In this document: one piece after another, positions 59,601 to 64,000 of the stretch
How positions within the stretch are numbered: position 1 is the first letter of the stretch
Layout of the letters: each line of letters opens with the position of its first letter
Assembly (NCBI GenBank): GCA_964016885.1
Contig: OZ024742.1
Coordinates: 37,386,001 to 37,450,000, forward strand
Source: Eledone cirrhosa
Taxonomy: Eukaryota
Length of the DNA: 64,000 nucleotides
Direction of reading: 5' to 3'
The notes under the pieces: generated by a model
The model's input: the letters and a program-made list of their open reading frames with translations, nothing else
Databases searched by the model: none
What the model was told of the DNA's origin: nothing
Translations under genes and position numbers: made by a program

Positions 59601-60450
59601 TGTTGTCCAACGTGACCATTTAGGTCGCCTGCAATAATTATATAGTCACTGTCGGATATTTGGGAGGTAGTTAGCATCAGTGTCTCATAGAATCTGTCTT
59701 TTATAGTGCCGGGCAGTCCGGATTGGGGTGCGTACGCAGATATTACTGTCACCGTAGTTCTATTGAGGACAAGTCGTATTTTAATTATTCTGTCGTTCAC
59801 TCTATTTACGTCTATTATCTTATCTGCCCACTTTTCCGCTACCATGATTCCTACTCCACCCAGCCCATCGTCGTTTCCCACCCAGAAAAGCTTATAACAT
59901 CGTTTTTTACCCTCAATGAATCTAGCAGACCCACCCCTCCACCTGGTCTCTTGAATACAACAAACATCGACCTCCTTACGTTCAAGCATTTCTACAACCT
60001 CGTTAGCGCGACCCTTTAAGGTGCCTACATTTATGGTACCAACTCTGAAGTTTTGGATTGCGTTTGGGGGTTGGGGGCGGTGGGGGGCGGGGGGCGATGG
60101 GGTTATGTTAGCCGTCCGTGGTCGAAACAATGAGGAGTGCTCGCATTCTCGTCCAAGAGGTGAACTTGTCTTTATCTTTGGCATTGCCGCTGAGCGTCCA
60201 GATTTTTCTCTCTCTCTCCTCCACTTTCCAGGATTCCGCAGTCCATCCATCCATCCATCATATATCGAAAGGCAAGCGATAGTATAGGCCTCTGGCTTCT
60301 GATTGGTCCGCGTAATAATAATACTGGTGATGCGTGGGGGCTCTGGCTTATGATTGGTCCACGTAATAGCAATGGTGGTGCGTGGGGACGGGCGGGAGGG
60401 GTGTTGGGTAGCTAGATAGAAGGTAATGATTGAATGGGGTCCTTGCATTT
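56626..60450 (-). mobile_element. Near full-length RTE-clade LINE (APE endonuclease, RT and PHD-like insert), one frameshift near 59535; the 5' UTR may extend to ~60890
   Basis: ORF 59528-60448 encodes VGTINVGTL, CIQETRW, ISAYAPQ and IAGDLNGHVG. ORF 57022-59619 encodes SQVDYIL, SQHRLII, the RT motifs and WYGHV. The element ends in a (GAT)n tail. Confidence 0.97.
57022..60184 (-). pseudogene. RTE endonuclease/reverse transcriptase polyprotein, frameshifted
   Basis: Two long overlapping ORFs join at GFGTRNEEGSR / CDANNLTICNT. The catalytic motif reads YTDDD. Confidence 0.9.
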
Positions 60451-60905
60451 AACAAGCGATTAACAAAAATACAAAATTTGTTTTGTTCAATGCGACCAAA
60501 AACTTTCGTATCTAACAATTAATGGATACAAAAAATGTAGATTGTTTTAGCGATAGATTGGTTGGTTATTTGGACTTGATACGAATATGGTTTGTGGAGG
60601 CAGAGATGAAGAGAAAAATATATATATATATATATATTCATAGAAACCTATTGGACGTATTGCAAAATATCGTTCAATATGTCCAGGTCAGTTGTCTAAC
60701 CTGATTAGTCTTTTCGTTGTTTTTGGTATTATGTGGCTAGGTCTGCCTGCCGCAATTTTCAATTTGTCAAGCTATCTAAATGTATGTTATTACTCTAAGG
60801 TCCTACCTTATTGAGTGCTTTGCTGTTCATTCCTAATTGTAGGTCATTAGCTTGGCCACAGCCAAAACTTCGATTTTACTAAGCTTCCACTTGTATATAT
60901 ATATA

Positions 60906-63774
60906 TATAACAAAATACTGGTGTGTATGAATCTAACAGGAGACTCAGTTGTGTATATAAAGTTTAATTAACAAGTTGAAGTTATGTAGTATAGAATTGT
61001 TGACATGTCAAGAGTAGATGAAATATGAAGTAAAGTTATTTGTTACCGTTTTGAAGTTAGCTCGCAAGAGACCATGTTAGGGTTGCCAGAGAGTAGAGAC
61101 TCGGCGAACGTGCCAGGCCGAAGGCCAGCAGCCGAAAGGGCAAATGAGAGAGAGATTGCTTTGAGTATCCCTTTTATAGGATCTCCAGACGGAAGTGACA
61201 AAAAGGGTTCTGCCACCCCAACAGGAAGTAACTCCAGCTACTTCCTGTCTAGAGAGCGTTAATCTATTGGTGATCCTCACAACAAGGGAGGCAACTCTTG
61301 CTACATTATCCCCCGCCAGATTTTTAAAACATAAAAATCGAATGAACCATGTATGAAGTAAGATGGCGAGCATGTTGTCACACCAAAGTCCAGTCATGAA
61401 AATTACGAAAAAAATAATGTTTGCAATAAAAGGAAAACAGCAAAATATATGCATGCAAAAATCAATGATAGATATCAAGGTAGCCAACCGCTCTTGGCCA
61501 AAGAACGACTGGACATCTATCTATCCATCACTCAAAGATACAATGTAATCAAAGTAAAAGAAGAGGTCAAAGTTCAAATGTTCAAAATACAGTTCACAGG
61601 TGTGCAATCACATGACAGTAGGAAAGAAAGTGTGTTCCAGAGAATGAATGCAGGTGGTTTCTGTTCTGTGGTATAACGTGAAATTTCCAACCTCCGAAGG
61701 GATTTTCTCACAGGAAGAGTGCTGCAAAAATAAATTCTCTGGCTTGTTCTGCTGGTTTTGGTTGTTGATGAAGCTGTGTTGTTGTTGTTGATGTTGTTGT
61801 CTCGCGGAGTGAGCGTATTCGATGTTTAAATTCACAGAAAAAATGAGTTGCACAAAGTGCTAGAAATAACAGCCAAAGTTGATGGTCGATGTTGAGAATG
61901 AGTTGACCTGGAAGGGTCAAGAGGCCAGCGACCAAAGAAATAAGCATTCTGAATAAATGCGCAGTTTTCAACGGCAAATTTACGTGGTAAATTTTTAAAC
62001 CGGCAAATAGGAGAATATAGCTTAACGCTGGAGAATCTTTGGCAAGAAACATTATCTATGGCGTGTGGTATCTCAGTGAGTCGAGATGTGTGCTGCCCAC
62101 ACGTGCCGAAACAAGGTTAAAGTCAAGTTGAAAAAAAATATTTCTATGGCGTGTTGTATCTCAGTGAGTCGAGATGTGTGCTGCCTACATGTGCCGAAAC
62201 AAGGTTGTAGGCAGCCATTTTGAAAAAGTTGTGTGTGAACGTGATAATATGATGAAACAGAAAGAAAGGCTTCACTTGGTATAACAAATATGGCGAGTTC
62301 AACTATTTTGTGAACGATGAAAAAAGCTTGGCGGAAAGAATAAGCAATAGTTGAGATTCAGCGAAATTTTCTGAAATGTGTAAAAAAAAAAAATCAAATT
62401 TCTTTTTCATTTTTTTTTTTTTAAATGCTCGTTGTAAGAAGAAACGAAAAACATATATATACATTCAGTGAAATGCAACACTTAGTTGATGTACGACACA
62501 TGCATGAGAGAAAAAGAGTGTCTGAACGAGAATTTCACATGTGCGTGTGTTCGTTTCTGTGTCTGCGTATTCTCCTATCATCATCATCATCATCATCAAC
62601 GTTTAACGTCCGTGTTCCACGCTTGCATGGGTTTGGACGGGGGTAGTCCCACTTGAAGCAAGAGTGATTGTCTTGCTCGCATAGGACTGTCTGGCAGGTT
62701 TTCTACAGTTGGATGCCCTTCCTAACACCAACCACATTTACAGTGTGGGTCTGGGAGGTTTTTACCGTGTTGCCTACACGGCCACATTACAGCGTGGACT
62801 GTGTGTTTTTTTGTTGTGACACCTACACGATCTCATTTGTTTCGGCCTATGGCGCGGCACCAACATAACTTTACATAGGACGGGGTGGTGTGGATGGGGT
62901 GGGGGTGGTGGTGGTGGGACGGGGTGTATTTTGTTAGAGATGCCTACTGGTTGGAGTAGGTTTTACTATATATTTAGGTAAGGCGGGTCTTCTCTGTTAC
63001 TGAGTACCGCCAAAGGTCTCGGTCCAGTGACATTGTCTTGGAGAGGTGTAAGTGTGTGATGTCGGAGTTTATCAGCTCGTCCCAGGTTTTTCTAGGTCTG
63101 CCTATTCCGTGACTACCGTCTATCTTTATTGCCCTGCACTTTGTTATACAGCTATCGACTTTCATGCGCATCACGTGTCCATACCAACGTAGCCTTCTCT
63201 CGAGTAAACAACATCTGATCCCTCTTATCTCCTAGTTTGTTAATAAAGTTTGCTGCGTATTCGAAATGTTGGTCGACACATTCCAACAAAAATGGGATAC
63301 TGCTAATCAATTTTTTATATATATTCACACAACACCAGATCCTATCATTTTTTTCTCGGGGTCACCACTTATAACAAAATACTGGTGTGTATGAATATAA
63401 CAAGACACTAGGTTGTGTATATAATGTTTAATTAACAAGTTGAAGTTATGTAGTATAGAATTGTTGACATGTCAAGAGTAGATGAAATATGAAGTAAAGT
63501 TATTTGTTACTGTTTTGAAGTTAGCTCGCAAAAGACCATGTTAGGGTTGCCAGAGAGTAGAGACTCGGCGAACGCGCCTGGCCAAAGGCCAGCAGCTGAA
63601 AGGGCAGATGAGAGAGAGATTGCTCTGAGTATCCCTTTTATAGGGTCTCAAGACGGAAGTGACAAAAAGGGTTCTGCCACCCCAATGGGAAGTAACTCCA
63701 GCTACTTCCTGTCTAGAGAGCGTTAATCTATTGGTGATGTGATCGTCACAACAAGGGAGGCAACTCTTGCTACA
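60906..63774 (-). mobile_element. Non-autonomous LTR retrotransposon (Gypsy-related): 5' LTR 63370-63774, 3' LTR 60906-61305, tRNA-Trp PBS, PPT
   Basis: ~400-bp direct repeats differ by about 19 mismatches and a 5-nt indel by eye. On the minus strand there is a PBS TGGTGACCCCGA at 63356-63367, a PPT GGCGGGGGATAA at 61306-61317 and a TATA box CTATAAAAG. The LTR is homologous to 20108-20425. Confidence 0.88.
62578..63230 (-). mobile_element. Young 5'-truncated RTE copy nested in the LTR element
   Basis: Nearly identical to 56626-57278 and flanked by a TCTCCTA target duplication. Confidence 0.95.
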
Positions 63775-63807
63775 TATATTATATATATGAAAGAAAGAGA
63801 GATTTAT

Positions 63808-63925
63808 GAAGGCGCATGGCTGAGTGGTTAGAGAATTGGATTCGCAATCATGAGGTTGTTAATTTGATTCCCGGACCGAGTGATGCATTATGTCCTTGAG
63901 CAAGACACTTTATTTCATGTCGCTC
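63808..63925 (+). mobile_element. tRNA-derived CORE-type SINE head
   Basis: TGGCTGAGTGGTTAG...TTTGATTCCC...GTCCTTGAGCAAGACACTTTATTTCA, the same family as 38373. Confidence 0.75.
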
Positions 63926-64000
63926 CTTCTGCCTGGATTTGCCTAGAAAGACCAATGGAAACATTGTTTCCTTGGTCTGGTTTGCTGAGCTCAACTCAGC

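Noticed and set aside
61074-62052. ORFs within the LTR element (62, 136 and 114 aa) as gag/env
   Set aside because: No recognisable domain motifs were found, and the short ORFs overlap LTR sequence.
62056-62206. Repeat containing CTCAGTGA...CCGAAAC as a possible ribozyme
   Set aside because: The core does not match CUGANGA and no consistent stems were found. It is kept only as a direct repeat.

Overview
AT-rich, repeat-dense animal genomic DNA. The (TA)n arrays, abundant RTE LINEs and tRNA-derived CORE- and Deu/Nin-type SINEs suggest a cephalopod such as Octopus, but this is inference. Two host genes diverge head to head. The first is the first coding exon of a SLAIN-motif protein on the minus strand (10491-10846). 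The second is 12 coding exons of an SLC26 (prestin/pendrin-family) anion transporter on the plus strand (25159-56515). These give 527 codons with consistent splice phases, and the STAS exons lie beyond the window. Introns and intergenic DNA hold many RTE LINE copies, including one nearly full-length young copy. They also hold CR1/L2, L1/Tx1, R4/Dong, CRE and Penelope remnants, Gypsy pieces, a non-autonomous two-LTR element, mariner relics, a Helitron, TTAA MITEs and several foldback palindromes. The most interesting signals are: (1) a C4HC3 PHD finger inserted inside the reverse transcriptase of the RTE family; (2) ~300-bp tandem and inverted repeats carrying a minimal type I hammerhead ribozyme upstream of SLAIN; (3) a complete tRNA-like cloverleaf with Pol III signals at the centre of a foldback element; (4) an in-frame 42-bp tandem duplication of an SLC26 exon/donor junction that creates spare donors; (5) inverted repeats bracketing SLC26 exons. 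All coordinates and alignments were read by eye, and no searches were run.
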